From NCBI RefSeq assembly GCF_009914755.1, contig NC_060933.1: DNA of 64,000 nucleotides; one strand, 5' to 3'. How positions within the stretch are numbered: position 1 is the stretch's first letter; every line of letters starts with the position of its first letter. A model generated the notes under the pieces. The model had not been told where the DNA came from. It did not search any database and saw nothing but the letters and a program-made list of their open reading frames with translations. This stretch comes from the human T2T-CHM13v2.0 reference genome, Homo sapiens. Position numbers and translations under genes: made by a program. Shown piece after piece: positions 41,906 through 59,989 of the stretch.

Positions 41906-43394
41906 TATTGTTTTTTAATTTTGAAAAACTGAGGGCCTCTGGAATGTAGGATTATGCCAGGCCAAGTTGCTCATTATCAGGCCAGGAAAAGCAGCTCTTG
42001 AAGAGGCTGAAAGGGCTTCCAGCCTAACTGCGAGGGTGCTGAGTCATTCTAGCAGAGACCAGGCACTCTGCTTTTCTGGCTCTTATCAAGTCTTTAGCTT
42101 TTATCTTTGGACTCAACTTACTAGTTCACATTCCTTTGGTGGTGAAGGTTTGGTCTCTTCCACTTTGAAGCAGTATCTCTCCGCTTACACTTGAAATCTT
42201 GAATCTTTTACTTGGTTCTCTTTAGTCCCTGTTTGTGTATTTAGGTCACTAGAGGCTTCTACATCTGGGGCACATTAAAGTTCCTCAGTGGTATTTACAG
42301 CAACCAGCATCTGTTTCTGTAGAGAACAATTAACCCAAAGATACCACCTTGTTCTACCTTGAAGATGAATTACAGAGACACTTTTAAAAGGCAAATCCTT
42401 CATTTCAAGGGTGAATAAAATACCACTTAACAAAGCATTCCAGCTGGTTAAATTTAGGACATGAAAAAAACCTGACCCAAGAATATCGTCTGGCTTTGAG
42501 TCCAGGGTGTTTTTCCTTTTAGAGTAAATTTGGTACCTTTTCATTCATGTGAAGTTGTTGCCCCCCAGCATTTTATTCTGGGATGAAAGGTCAACAGGGA
42601 CTGTCTTGTTGCTAAATCTAATGGACACTTCTCAGTTATTAAACCTACTGGACCTCTTAACAATATTTGACACTGTTGACTATTATTTCCTTCTTAATAC
42701 ATCCCCTGACTTTTCCTTCCCCTTTCAGGCCTTTCTTCCTCTGCCTGTTTTTTCAGTTGGTACTACTCTTGGTTCTGTCCTGAGCTTTCTCACATTAAAC
42801 ATTCCCTGTGGGCTGTCTTATGCATGCTCATGGCCTCACAGGGAATTCCTAAATCTATATTTCTAGCCTAAGTATTTTTTGCTGAGCTTCAGACCATTAT
42901 GTTCAACTGTTCACTTGACATCTTCACTTGGATGGCACATGGGTCACCCAACCTTAGCAGGCTCACAGTTGAACTCATCCATTCTCCCCTCAGTTCAGCC
43001 CTGCCTCTCATGTTCTTCATTTCTGCAAAGGGCACTTCTAAACAATTTCTCAAGCCAGAATTCCTTGCATTCCATCTTCTACTCAATCACCATGGCCTGT
43101 TGATTCTATCTCTTTCCATCCCTATTGCCACTTCCCTAGTTTGGTCATTGTCATCTTTTACCTGGATGACCAGAAAAGACTTCTAAGAGCAATTTTTGCT
43201 TCCGACCCTCATGTCATGCAAACGCCTCCACCCCTAACCAATTTGTTTTTTTTTTTTTCGTATTCTAGCCAGAGCAATCTTTCTAAAATGTGAATTAAAG
43301 GCTGTTGGGATCTTGCTTAAAATATTTGACAACTGCTCTATGCTCTTAAAATAAAGCCCAATCTCCTTATAATAAAATATGCAGCCCTATATGA

Positions 43395-43690
43395 TTTATT
43401 TATTTTTTTTTTGAGACAGAGTTTCGCTTTTGTCTTCCAGACTGGAGTACAATGCGATGATCTCAGCTCACTGCAACCTCTGCCTCCGGGTTCAAGCCAT
43501 TCTCCTGCCTCAGCCTCCCGAGTAGCTGGGATTACAGGCATGCGCCACCACACTGGCTAATTTTGTATTTTAGTAGAGATGGGTTTCACCATGTTGGCCA
43601 GGCTGGTCTCAAACTCCTGAACTCAGGTGATCCACCTACCTCAGCCTCCCAAAGTGCTGGGATTACAGGCGTGAGTCACCGCGCCTGGCC
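43395..43690 (-). mobile_element. AluS
   Basis: Alu consensus. Confidence 0.9.
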
Positions 43691-44401
43691 GAGGCCCTGT
43701 ATGATTTGGCCCCTGTTTACTTTCTTGCATATTACTGATTCCCTCACGTTCTAAGTTCCCTGCCACATTTCCCATTGTTCAGTTCCTCAAACGTACAACG
43801 CCCCCTCTCACTTTCTGGCCTTTACATGTTTTGTTCTTTCTGCCTGTAACCCTTCCTTCCTCTCCTATACTTGGCTAAATCATACTGCAGGTGATTTTCT
43901 TTGGGCAGTCTTCCTTGACCCCCTTTATCATCTTGGTTTGCCTAGCTCCCCAGATTAAGTGAAATGTTATTCTATGCTTCCAGAGGTTGCTGTGTTTCCT
44001 CTATTGTAATGCTTACCCAATCTCCCACTTGACTATAAACTCCATCTTTTTCACTGCTATATGTATCCCCAGTGCCCAGTTATAAGGCTCAGCTCCATAG
44101 GTGCTTAGCAAACACTTGTTGAATTGAACTTTAATGTGTCAGTAGCCACAGAAGTCTCAGTCCTGCTAGACCGTAGCCTTGCCACTTTGAGCAAGAGGAC
44201 TGCTGGGAGAGATGGTATTCTATAATGGTTCTCTTGCTGGGAGCTGGATTTTTATTTCCCCACTGTTTATTTACTAGTTTAGCAACCTGATTCAGTTAAC
44301 AACTCTGCATCTTAGTTGCTTCATATATAAATACAAATGCTTGAACTTTCTGAAAGCAAATGGTGGGCCAGATTTTTTTTTCTTTTTCATTTCCTTGGTT
44401 A

Positions 44402-45878
<1,477 letters not shown>

Positions 45879-46062
45879 TAATTTTGTCGAATAGAGTTTT
45901 GGTTTCCTTTTCTATTTTATCTATAGTTAGTGATCTATTAAAAATTTCAAACTTTTTATCAATTTTACTAATTAATACTTTCTAGAAAATCATCCAGTTC
46001 CTTTCAGATTTTCAAATTTATACAATAAGGTTGCAGTGGTTTTCTCTTATAATTTAAAATAT

Positions 46063-46651
46063 TAGCCAGCACGGTGGTTCACGCCTATAATCCCAGCGCT
46101 GTGGGAGGCCAAGGTGTACGGTTCACTTGAGGTCAGGAGTTCGAAACCATCCTGGCCAACATGGTGAAAACCTGTCTCTACTAAAAATACAAAAATTAGC
46201 TAGGTGTGGTGGCGCGTGCCTGTAGTCTCAGCTACTTGGGAGGCTGAGGTATGAGAATCGCTTGAACCTGGGAGTGAGCTGAGATTGTGCCATTGCACTG
46301 CAGCCTGGGTGACAGAGCGAGATTCTGTTTCAAAAAAAATAAAAAAAAAGAGGCCGGGCTCAGTGGCTCACACCTGTAGTCCCAGCACTTTGGGAGGCTG
46401 AGGTGGGCAGATCACCTGAGGTCAGGAGTTTGAGACCAGCCTGGCTAACATGGTGAAACCACCTTTCTACTAAAAATACAAAAAATTAGCCGGGCATGGT
46501 AGTGTACACCTGTAATCTCAGCTACTCGGAAGGCTGAGGCAGGAGAATTGCTTGAACCTTGGGAGGCGGAGGTTGCAGTGAGCAGAGATCGCACCACTGC
46601 ACTCCAGCCTGGGCAACAAGAGAGAAACTCTCTCAAAAAAAAAAAAAAAAA
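46063..46651 (+). mobile_element. two tandem AluS elements
   Basis: Alu consensus at ~46063-46350 and ~46352-46651. Confidence 0.9.
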
Positions 46652-46833
46652 TCACCTGTATATCTTGGCTTTCTCTTCCCTAAACTTGCTTATTTCTGGT
46701 TTTCTGTATACATTTTGCCAGAGGTCTATTTTACTGAACTTTTCAGAGACAAGGCTTTGGTCTTATTGTTGAAGTTTATTTTTTTGAGGATAAATTTCAC
46801 CTTTAACCTTATTTCCTTTTAAAATTTTCTCCT

Positions 46834-47129
46834 GGCCAGGCGCAGTGGCTCATGCCTGTAATCCCAGCACTTTGGGAGGTTGAGATGGGCAGATCGCAAG
46901 GTCAGGAGATCGAGACCATCCTGGCTAACAGGTAAAACCCCGTCTCTACTAAAAATACAAAAAATTAGCCGGGCGTGTTGGCGGGTGCCTGTAGTCCCAG
47001 CTACTCGGGGGGTGCTGAGGCAGGAGAATGGCGTGAACCCAGGAGGTGGAGCTTTCAGTGAGCCGAGATTGCGCCACTGCACTCCAGCCTGAGTGACAGA
47101 GTGAGACTCCGTCTCCAAAAAAAAAAAAA
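46834..47129 (+). mobile_element. AluY (partly exonized)
   Basis: Y diagnostics gagatcgagaccatcctggctaac and gagaatggcgtgaaccc. Confidence 0.92.
46852..46931 (+). CDS. RGS3: RGS3 long-isoform first coding exon ([27 protein letters not shown]), Alu-derived; exon starts 46840
   Basis: acceptor ttttctcctggccag|, donor AG|gtaaaa, 80 coding nt ending phase 2; matches the N-terminus I recall for the long (C2PA) RGS3 isoform. Confidence 0.8.
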
Positions 47130-47544
47130 TTTTTTTTTCTTCTGAATTAGCTTATTCCTCTTCTAACTTTTTGAAATGAATTTTTAGTTAAAACACTTTA
47201 AATCTTTGTTATTTTCTAAATAAATTATCCCCTTGAACTTTCTACTCTAATTCCATCGATCTGTCTTTTCTTTTTAGTTTTATATTATTTAACACCATTT
47301 AACATCTGGTAGTACAAGTTCCCTTTGTTATTATTTTTCTAAGTTTTCTTGGTTATTATTGGGCTAGATGATATCTTAAAGTCACTAAGATTCTTTGAGA
47401 GTTATTGTGAAAATGCACCCAAATAAATCCATTTAGTCCCTTCTTTTCAAACTCAAGTATTCCTTATTATTCCAGATATAGTCAGTCTTTAAAAAAATGC
47501 CTAAAATCATTGCTCGATACTTTATTAAGTGCTTCAAATCAATC

Positions 47545-47835
47545 TGTATATATGCATATGGTATATATGTAGTGTATGTGTTTTGTGTGCATGTGTCAGT
47601 GTGATGTGTGCTTATATATATGCATAGGATGCATATATAATGTGTGGGGTGTGTTTGTATATGTATGTGAGGTGTGTATGTAGTGTGTTTATGTATGTGT
47701 ATATGTGCATATGATGTGACTGTGTGTGTACATGGGATATGTTGAGGTATGTGTATGTATGTGTGCAGAGTGTATGATTGTTATCGTGTGTGGTATGATA
47801 ATGTATGTGTGGAGTGTGTGTGCACATGTGTGAGG
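47545..47835. repeat. TG/TA low-complexity tract
   Basis: degenerate alternating purine-pyrimidine repeat. Confidence 0.85.
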
Positions 47836-48301
47836 TGGAAGAACCCCAGGGGGTGCTAGAATGCTCAGGACATGTGAGAAAGCCAGGCTTGGTCCAACTC
47901 TCCTGCCTTCTTGGGGAAAGCAGGGCCATGATCATGAGCCTTTCTGGATGTTGCTTTTGGACAGCAGTGTGGGTTAATAGGGCCAGTCTCTCCTGAAGTG
48001 CCCTGCCCAAGCTCCCACTCACCTCTCTCCTCCATCTCTTGAGGAAAGGGTGACCGACCTGTCCTTTTAGGAAAAGGAAGCTTCCAGCACGCTACTGAGT
48101 AAAGGAGCCTTACTGGTGGTGGTGAAGGTGATACCATCAGAGGGGCCAGCTCAGGATCAGGCTGGCCTTGCAATCTTCCAACTGAATATGTTAGCTGCAG
48201 AGTGGGGCAGGAGTCAGGAGGGGACCTACAAAGCAGTAGAATCTTTGTTCCCATTACCGGGTGTAAGTGCCCAGTGTGGGCCTCGGTCTTTTCTCTCCTA
48301 G

Positions 48302-48455
48302 GTCACATTCAGACAGCACACCTTTGCCCAATTTTCTTTCTGGATCTCACCGTCCTGAGTGTTGTACCTGCAGGTTGCTCACAGCCTCTGGAGCCCAAGA
48401 TAGTCTCCCCTTTGGGAGGAGGCTCTACAGTGGTCCCTGGCGAAGTTGTGAAGAG
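48302..48455 (+). CDS. RGS3: RGS3 long-isoform exon (SHSDSTPLPNF...WRSCEE)
   Basis: ttctctcctag acceptor, GAG|gtgact donor, 154 nt, phase 2->0. Confidence 0.82.
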
Positions 48456-48615
48456 GTGACTATCATCTCAGGCACATCACCTTCCCTTTTCCCTGTGGGC
48501 CTTCCTTTGCTGTTTCCTGAACACCATGCTTTCTAGTTCCTACTGGGAGTGAACACACCTTGCATGGAGCATCTTCAGGCCATGGCTAACTCATGCTCCC
48601 ATCTTGCTCCTGCAG

Positions 48616-48796
48616 GTCTGCCACGTCTCTGTGCTCAGTGTCCTCTCTACATCCTGTGGCTTGAGCCTGAGCTTGCCCATATTCCCTGGCTGGATGGAGT
48701 GGCTAAGCCCTGATATCGCTCTGCCCAGAAGAGATGAGTGGACTCAAACTTCTCCAGCCAGGAAGAGGATCACGCATGCCAAAGTCCAGGGTGCAG
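48616..48796 (+). CDS. RGS3: RGS3 long-isoform exon (VCHVSVL...MEWLSPD...KVQGAG)
   Basis: ctcctgcag acceptor, G|gtaagt donor, 181 nt, phase 0->1. Confidence 0.85.
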
Positions 48797-50029
48797 GTAA
48801 GTCCATCTGTCACTGGCTTGAGGCTAGGAGAGTGGACCTGCTCTTGTTAAAGGCAGTGTTCACCATGTGTGTGTGTAACCGGGGTTGGAGGGGGAGAGTG
48901 GGGTGGGGTGGGGGGGTGCAGTAAAGAGCAGGGCAGGACTTCACGAAGTGCCAGGATTCAAACAATCCTACGGCATTTATGTGATTTATCACCAGTTTGC
49001 TGATTCAGGGCTCCTTCTGCAGTTTCTGCTCCTCGCTGGTGGCCACCTGACCCTGTGGCGTTTGCTCCTTCCACCTGCTGTTGGCCATGGGGCAGATGTG
49101 GAGGCCAAGGAAGAATAGGACAATGGCGTTTGGGGCAGACAGGCCTGGGTTCAAATTTCAGCTCTGCCTATTCCTAGCTCTGCAAACCTTGGGCATGTCA
49201 CCTGTCTTCTCTGCCTGAGGTTCAGATTTCTTCCTGGTAAATTGGGGCTAATACTTATTAGACTTACCGTGAAGATTAACTGAGATGATGTGTGTAAATT
49301 GCCCAGCTCAGCTCAGCCTCTGGCATCTGGTACTCAACACATAACTCTTCTCTCCACTTTCTGTCTTGCATCTCCCCATCTTGTTTTTGAGTGGATCACT
49401 GAACCACAAATATCCACTTGGCGATGAAGTCTGGGGAACAGGGACAAATACCAACACTTCCCATTTTTAGATTTACACGAGACTAACAGCTTTCCTTCCC
49501 ACAGTGGCAACAGAGATTTGCAGAGCAGATGTCTTGGTGTGAAACTGCTACGAGGAGGTGTCCTGTAAATGTTTGCTGACAAAGCAGCAAAGCAGGGTTT
49601 GACCTTCCAGCTCTGCCTCCCCGCACCAGGCTGGGGGATTCACCCACCCCACTCCGTTTCCTGTGCGTTCCTCTTTCTCAGAGGCTGTGGGCCTGTCCTG
49701 CTGTCCGATGGCATCAGGCTGTGGGACGGGGGGCCATCAGGTTGGTTGGAGCAAGCTGCTCCCATCCGGACCTGTGTCAGGCAGCACTTGTTCAAGAGGA
49801 GGCTCAAGAGAGTGATCCAGGATGCAGGGTTTGGGAAGAGGATGCAGCATGGTGGGGGGCGACCTGTCCAAGCGCAGAGAACACTTTTCCAAACCTCACT
49901 GCCCTGGGCCATCGGGTGCTCCTTTGCCTTTGCTTGGATCTAATGATTATAGGCCTGAGCTTCAAAGCAGGTTATAAACCCGACTAATTGCTGGTCTAGG
50001 AGAGCTGGACGAGGAGGCCAAGCCTGCCC

Positions 50030-50560
50030 AGAGTGGGCACCCCGGACTGGGCCTTCTCGTGGGACTGGCATTTCCAACCGGGAGCGCGGTGCTGGGGCCG
50101 GGATACCCGGGGTGGCCGCACCGTCCTGCTGGCTCCTTGGGTGGCTGCCGTCGCTGCTCAGCGCGGGTCGGCGGCGCCGCCTCCCCCACCCCGGCCCAGC
50201 TCTGCTCCGGCAGGTGGAACTCTCCCCATTCAAACCCGCGCGGGCCAATCAGGGCCGGGCGCGCCCTGGCCGTTCCAACGCTTGGGGCAGCCCTACCTCC
50301 CGCTCGCGCTCCTCCCGCCCTGGAGACTCCGGTTACTGGGGAGCAACACAGCCGCCTCGGGTTGCAGACGCTCCTGTCCGGGTCGCAGTGGGACGCCATG
50401 GAGCGCTCCCTGCACCGCGTCTCCCTCGGGAGCCGGCGTGCCCACCCGGACTTGTCCTTCTACCTCACCACCTTTGGTAAGTGCCCGCTGGGGCTGGCGG
50501 CAGGGGCTGCTTCACCCTGCTCCCAGCGCCCAGAAACGCAGCCCCTCGTGGTGACAGGGG
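50030..50560 (+). promoter_or_regulatory. RGS3: CpG island promoter of an RGS3 alternative first exon; CCAAT box at 50245-50249
   Basis: dense CpG/GC, gggCCAATcag NF-Y-like site, CACCC/GC elements, no TATA. Confidence 0.85.
50398..50476 (+). CDS. RGS3: RGS3 alternative first coding exon (MERSLHRVSLGSRRAHPDLSFYLTTFG)
   Basis: strong Kozak gacgccATGG, donor G|gtaagt, phase 1 (same as 48796, so both can join one shared downstream exon outside the window). Confidence 0.88.
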
Positions 50561-52030
50561 AGGCTGGGAGCAGGTGCTCTTTCTATCTAGGGGCACCTTC
50601 TCTGGCCCCTTTCTCCTGTGACTGCCCAGGAGGGGCTCAGGGCACAGGCTCAGTCCAAGCAAGCTGCTGGACACCACCTGCTGCCCGGCCATGAGTGCCA
50701 ACTGCGGTTGGTTCTGCCTCACTTGGCTGGAATAATCACGCTCTGGTTAATCTTTCAGAGACCTGGGTTGTCACCACGGAGTTTCTCATTAGCAAGCAGC
50801 TCAGGTTAAATCAAGGTCTTGTTATAGCAACTGGAGATCTCATTCACCCACTTTCCTTTGGCTCAGGGAGCGGACAGGTGCTGGGCCCTTTGGCCCTGCT
50901 GCCTTGTGGGGAGGCTGCAATTTGACTTTGTTGGGTATCTGAGCCACAGTGGAGATGGGAGAATTCTCTCCTCCAAGAAAGAACAATCCCTTAGGAGGGT
51001 CCCAGGGCTGCCTCAGGGTTTGAGGTGGAAAGAAGTGAACAGTAGGCTTCACTCCCAAGCCCCTAAGTAGCAGACTGAGTTCCCCCAAATAACAGCTGGG
51101 CGGCAGCTGCCCAAAGGTCTGGGCAAACCTGGCCTTCCTGGTAGCCATAGTAAAGGTAACAACCCTACCCTTGAGGGTAACCCTTCATTTCCTCACTGGT
51201 CCTGCAACTCTCTGTGGAGAGGGGTTATTTTTCCTCTGTGAAGACTTGAAACCAAGAGATCTTCCATGAGCCAGTGGCAGAGTTCGTAGCTGAGCTCAAG
51301 CTTTCCAGAGATGACCTGTCCAGCGCATTTTTGTTTGAACTTGCATACAATTTCCTTCTAAAGGTTGGGGCTGTTACTGAAACATTACTGGACATTGCCC
51401 AGCTTTCAAAGACAGAGTGCCCAAGGAGTTTGGTCCCTCCCTGGGGTTCCTGGCTCTTCTGTTTTCAGGCTTACTCCTGCTCAACATATTTGGTTTTCCA
51501 CAACCTGCTTTTTTTCCTTAGGGGTAGAGGGAATGATGGAAGAGCAGTGGCTTGGCCTCTGAAATTGCCTGACGTCTGGCAGCAGGAATTCACTGGTCTA
51601 GTTGGTGGACGATAAAGGGCAATTAACTAGCCATCATTTGTTGAGAACTTACCATTGCCATTCCTTATGCCAAGTGTTTTACCTGCATTATCTCACTTAA
51701 TGCCCCAGCGTAGGAGGCAATTCCTGCTAACCCCATTGGGATGCAGGGCTCTGTGAGACAAGGGTGGTTTCCAGGATGATCTGTATTGGCTGGGGTAGGA
51801 GTGATCAGGAAAGGGTGTCAGGGAGCTGTGAGGCCCTCTTACCTTAGCTGTGTCCTGATTAAAAAGTAAAAATATGTTTGCTTTTTTCCTCCTTATTATC
51901 ATGGTTACATGTGTTTACTGCTGAAAACTTAGTGAAAAGAAGAAAGTGAAAATCACTTGTAATCTGACTTCCCAGGGAGACCACTGTTAACTTTCTGATT
52001 TATATCCTCCCAGGCTTATTTCCACACCTA

Positions 52031-52034
<4 letters not shown>

Positions 52035-52078
<44 letters not shown>
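52035..52078. repeat. (TG)22 microsatellite
   Basis: read directly. Confidence 0.95.
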
Positions 52079-52079
<1 letters not shown>

Positions 52080-52589
52080 CTGTGTGTATTTAGGGGTCAA
52101 ATTTCAACACAATTGAGATCAAGTTTGTATGGACAATTTTGTAACCCATATGTTTTCCTTAGTGGCCTGATGTGAATATTTCCTTGCATTGGTCCATGTT
52201 CTTCTATTAGATTAATCTGCCTGCCAGATCTGGGAAGCTGAGGAGGGTTCAGGCCCAGCAGGGAGTGGATCTTCCTGCCCAGCCATGGCCTCAGGGCTGA
52301 GTCTGATGGGTATCAGGGAAGGCTGCTGCTTGAACAAGTGACTGTGACCTGAGTGTGCAGGAGGCAGACAGGAGCCTGGGTGGGGTGGGAAGCCACCTGC
52401 TCTTATTCGTGCAGGCTCCTCTCACATCTCTCTAAGGATGCTTATGAGAGCATTTGAGAAATTCTCTCCTGTTTCCTGCACTGGCTCTGTTTCCCTGGGT
52501 GCCATTTGTCGTGGTGCCCCTCTTTCAGGCTGCTGATTTTCTTTATCCACTGTGATCTTCACTGATCTGCTTATGAGCAAAGATTCCTA

Positions 52590-52770
52590 TCAGTGGTTTC
52601 CAAACCCAGCCAAATATCAGAAGCATGTGGGGAGCCTGTTAAAAATACACAGATTCCTAGAATCTTCTTCTGGAGACTCTAGTTTAATAGGTCTGGGGTG
52701 GAGCCTGAGAATATGAACACTTAAGAAGCCATAGAGCGTTCAGACTGTCATCCAGGTTTGGAAGCTATGG
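52590..52770. mobile_element. MER5A-like
   Basis: cagtggtttccaaac...taggtctggggtggagcctgagaat. Confidence 0.65.
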
Positions 52771-53309
52771 ATTCAGAGTCAGTTTTGGTAGCAATTGGGA
52801 CCACTTTTACTGTGAAGGTTTTGGCTAAGTTTTTCTCAGTTCACTGGCCTTTCCTTAGCAAAGTAGGTAGCCCCTGGCCTTCTACTGTGAGCTTTGCCTT
52901 GGTAGAACCAGATGAAGATGTTGCTTAGCTGGTAGTTTCCTGAGCACAGACATGTAAAGGGAGCATAATCATCTATGGAAATATAAAGAGACAAAACTGT
53001 TTTGATGAGAATTCCCTTCGGGGAGAGTACTGCATGATATATGTATTTGTGTGTACACATGAACACAACCCCTTGTCCCCCAAAAGGAGTATGTTCAAGT
53101 GACATTAATTGAAGGACACTGCGTTCTGAGGAGGTGGCCTTACTTCAGGGGAAGGGAGTAGGCAAGCTGAGGCTAGGACCCAACTACTCTAGAGGGATTT
53201 TTTTTTCTTTATTGTGAAAAATGATGTAATTTGAAGTCATTGTAGGTATACATAATATTTTTCTCCAGGATTGTATATTTTATTTTGATTAGGATATTTG
53301 CTGATTTTT

Positions 53310-55165
53310 CTTGTAACAGCTTTATTGAAATATAATTCAGATATATACAATTCACTCATTTAAACCATACAATTCAATGGTTTTTAGTATATTCACAGAG
53401 ATGTGTAACTATTATCACAATTTCAGAACATTTTCATTCCCTCAAAAAGAGACATTATGCTCTTTAGCTTGTACCGTCCTCCCTTGTCCCGAGCCCAAAG
53501 CAATTGCTAATCTATTCTCTCCCTCTGTAGATTTGCCTGTTCTGGACATTTCATATAAATGGAATCGTATTTTTTTTTTTATGACTGACTTCTTTCACTT
53601 AGCATAATGTTTTCAAGTTTAATCCATGTTGTAGCAGATATCATACTCCATTCATTTTTATGGCTGAGTAGTATTCATTGTATGGCTATACCACATTTTA
53701 AAAATTTATTCATCTGGTGATGAATATTTTGGCTGTTTCTCCCTTTTGACTATTATGAATAATACTGCCATGAACATTTGTGAACAAGTTTTTGTGTGGA
53801 CAAATGTTTTCATTTCTCTTCATATACACACAGTATATACCTAGGAGTAGATTTGCTGAGTCCTATGGTAACTCTGTGTTTAACTATTTAGGGAACTACC
53901 AAACTCTTTTCCAAAGTAGGTGTATCATTTTATGTTCCCATCAGCTGTGTATATGGGTTTTGGTTTTTCCACATTCCTTACCAACACTTGTTATTATCTG
54001 ACTTTTTAATTCTAGCTATCCTAGTGGGTGTGAATTGATATTCACTATAGTTTCGATTTGCATTTTCCTGATGACCCGTGATGTTGAACATTTTTTCATG
54101 TGCTCATTATTTATATATCTTCTTTGGAGAAGAATGTATTCAGATCTTTTGTTCATTTTAAAATTGGGCTTTTTGTCTTGTTATTATTGAGTTGTAAGAT
54201 TTCTTTATATATTCTAGATGCAAGCTCCTTAACCGATATATGATTTGCAAATATTTTCTCTCTATCTGTGGGTTTTTTTCACTTTCTTGATAGTGTTCAT
54301 TGAATCCCAAACTTTTTTTGGGGATGGGGTCTTGTTTTGTTGCCCAGGCTGGAGTTCAGTGGCATGATCATGGCTCCTCTTTGACCATGCAGCCTCAACC
54401 TCCTGTGCTTAAGCGATCCTCCCACTTCAGCCTCCTGAGTAGCTGGTACTACAGATGTGCACCACCATGCCTGGCTAATTTTTCTTATGTAAAAAAAACT
54501 TTTTGTAGAGATGAGGTTTCCCTATGTTGCCCAAGCTAGTCTTGAACTCAGGGACTCAAGCGATCTCCTGCCTTGGCCTCCCAAAGTGCTGGGATTATAG
54601 GCATGAACCACTGTGTCCAGCCAGAACCCCAAACATTTTTAATTTTGATGAAGTTCAATTTACTTTATCTTTTGTTACTTGTACTTTGTGTTATATCTCA
54701 GAATTCACTGCCAAATCTAAGGTTCTGTCAGTTACCAAGAGATTTACCTGTATGTTTTCTTCTAAGAGTTTTATAGTTTTGGCTCTTATATTTAGGTCTT
54801 TGATCCACTTTGAGTTAATTTTTGTGTATGGTATGAGGTAAGAGTTCAACTTCATTGTTTTTTGTGGCTATCCAGTTGTCCCAGTACCATTTGTTGAAAA
54901 TACCATTATTTCTCTATTGGATGATCTTGGTACCTTTACTGAAAATCAATTGCCCATAAACCCACGGCTTATTTCTAGGCTTTCAATTCTATTCCATTGA
55001 TCTATCTGCCTATTATCATTCCAGTATCATACTGTCTTGATTACTGTTGCTTTGTAGTACATTTTGAAATCAGGTTGTGTAAATCCTCCAATTTTGTTCT
55101 TCTCTTTCAAGATCATTTTGGCTGTCCTGGGTCCCTTGAATTTCCATATGAATTTTAGGCATAAT
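53310..55165 (-). mobile_element. L1MB-type 3' fragment with nested AluJ (~54312-54622)
   Basis: L1M 3'UTR start acagctttattgaaatataattca; ORF2 peptide [15 protein letters not shown]. Confidence 0.82.
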
Positions 55166-56109
55166 ATTTTATATAGAAAATAAAAAAACTCAAGTTCACA
55201 AAAATGTTGGATAGATAGTTTTAAAATATCATCTTGAAGGGATACCAACTTATTAGTTTGACTGATGAAGCAAATTATTAATTTACCTGGGGTCTCTGAA
55301 CCAAATTTTAACTTGCTTGGGATCTCTAGTCACCTGGATATGGTGAGTGGTCAGGAGAGAGAACAGGTTGCCTTTTCTGCAGGGTATCTGGGTCTGGAGA
55401 TGGTGGGCAAGCTGGACATGTTCTGAGGTCTGCAGGTGGCTGTGGACATTGGGTGACAAAATGCACCTCTCTTTAGAAATGCCAGCCCCCTATGAACCTA
55501 CAAAATGAAAGCTGTCGGGAGCAGCTCTAAATGTAGGCTCGAGAGGACTGCCTGGAGTCACTGATTTGCCATAGGGAAGTTGGGAAGATGTGGTTCTGGA
55601 GGCAGAGTAGACTTAGGAGTGTCATTGATTTGCTCAGCATTTTTTTTTTTTTTTTTTTTTTGCCTCATGTTTGTTGTGTTGGTACAATGTTAGCTGGGGC
55701 CTGTTTCACTCCTTTCTCTGCCTCTCTTTAGAAGCCGTGGAGATAAATAATTCATTTTCTGTAGTGAGAGTGAAGCTTGGGAACAGATGTCAGCCAGCTG
55801 CGTGGTGTGTTGGGCAGTGCACGGTCAGGCCCTGAACTGGAGGCCTTCAATGTGTCCCTGCCAGCTGCCCCTGGCTGGCACGTGTTTCCAGTCCCACTGC
55901 TCTGAGCCTGGGAGATTCCCTGGCATGGTTGGGGAAACCTATCCAACTGTTTCTCAGGAGCTCATCATTTGCTGGTCATACTCCTCAGCATTTATTGGCT
56001 TTTCTGTCATTCAGAGTCCAACTGCTCAGGAGCTTTCAGAAATTCCTCAAAGTTTCTGGCCCATAGATAGCCCTTTGTCCTCTTTTCCCATTCTGCTTTG
56101 TGTGTTCTT

Positions 56110-58110
<2,001 letters not shown>

Positions 58111-58529
58111 TCTGTCATCCCAGAAATGGAAGTCCCCTACATATATTTTCTAAGCTTTTTTGAGTTGGTTTTTGTTTTTTTTTCCCTCCCTTTCTGCCTC
58201 TCTCCCTCCTTTTCTCCTCCCTCCCTGCCTCTTCCGTCCCTTCCTCCCCTCCCCGCTCTCTCTCTCCGTCCCTCCTTTCTTTCTCCCTGCCTGCCTGCCT
58301 ACCTGCAGTTGTCCGAGCAGGCATTACTGGGGCTGGAGGGTCCCTTTCCAAGATGGCTCATTCACATGGCTCTCAGCAGGAGGCCTCAGTTCCTTGCTAC
58401 CTGTAATTAGGAGGCTTCTGTTTCTCATCGCATGGACCTCTTCGTAGGATTGCTTGAGCTTCCTTATTATGTGGCAGCTGGCTTCCTTCTAGGCAAGTGA
58501 TACAAAAATGAAAGCAAGAAAGAACTCCC

Positions 58530-59705
<1,176 letters not shown>

Positions 59706-59989
59706 GAAGGAACTAATAATACCTTTAATATCCTAATGTTGAAAGTCATCCACTGTCATTTCTACCACATTCTATTTGTTAGAAGCAAGTCACTAAGTCC
59801 AGCCCATGTCTGAAGGGAGGAACTAGGCTTCACCTCTTGAAAGGAAGAGTATCAAAGACTTTGTGGACAAATTTTAAACCCATGATAGGTATAGAGAGGC
59901 TAACAGTGGGGGCCCTGGACTGCCTAAATGCAAACCCCAGCTCTGCCACTTACTGGCTGTGTGATTTGGACAACCTGTTTTAGCTATTT

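Noticed and set aside
49940-50722. Several long overlapping ORFs (up to 211 aa) on both strands
   Set aside because: Expected from stop-poor GC-rich CpG-island sequence; only 50398-50476 has Kozak plus donor support.
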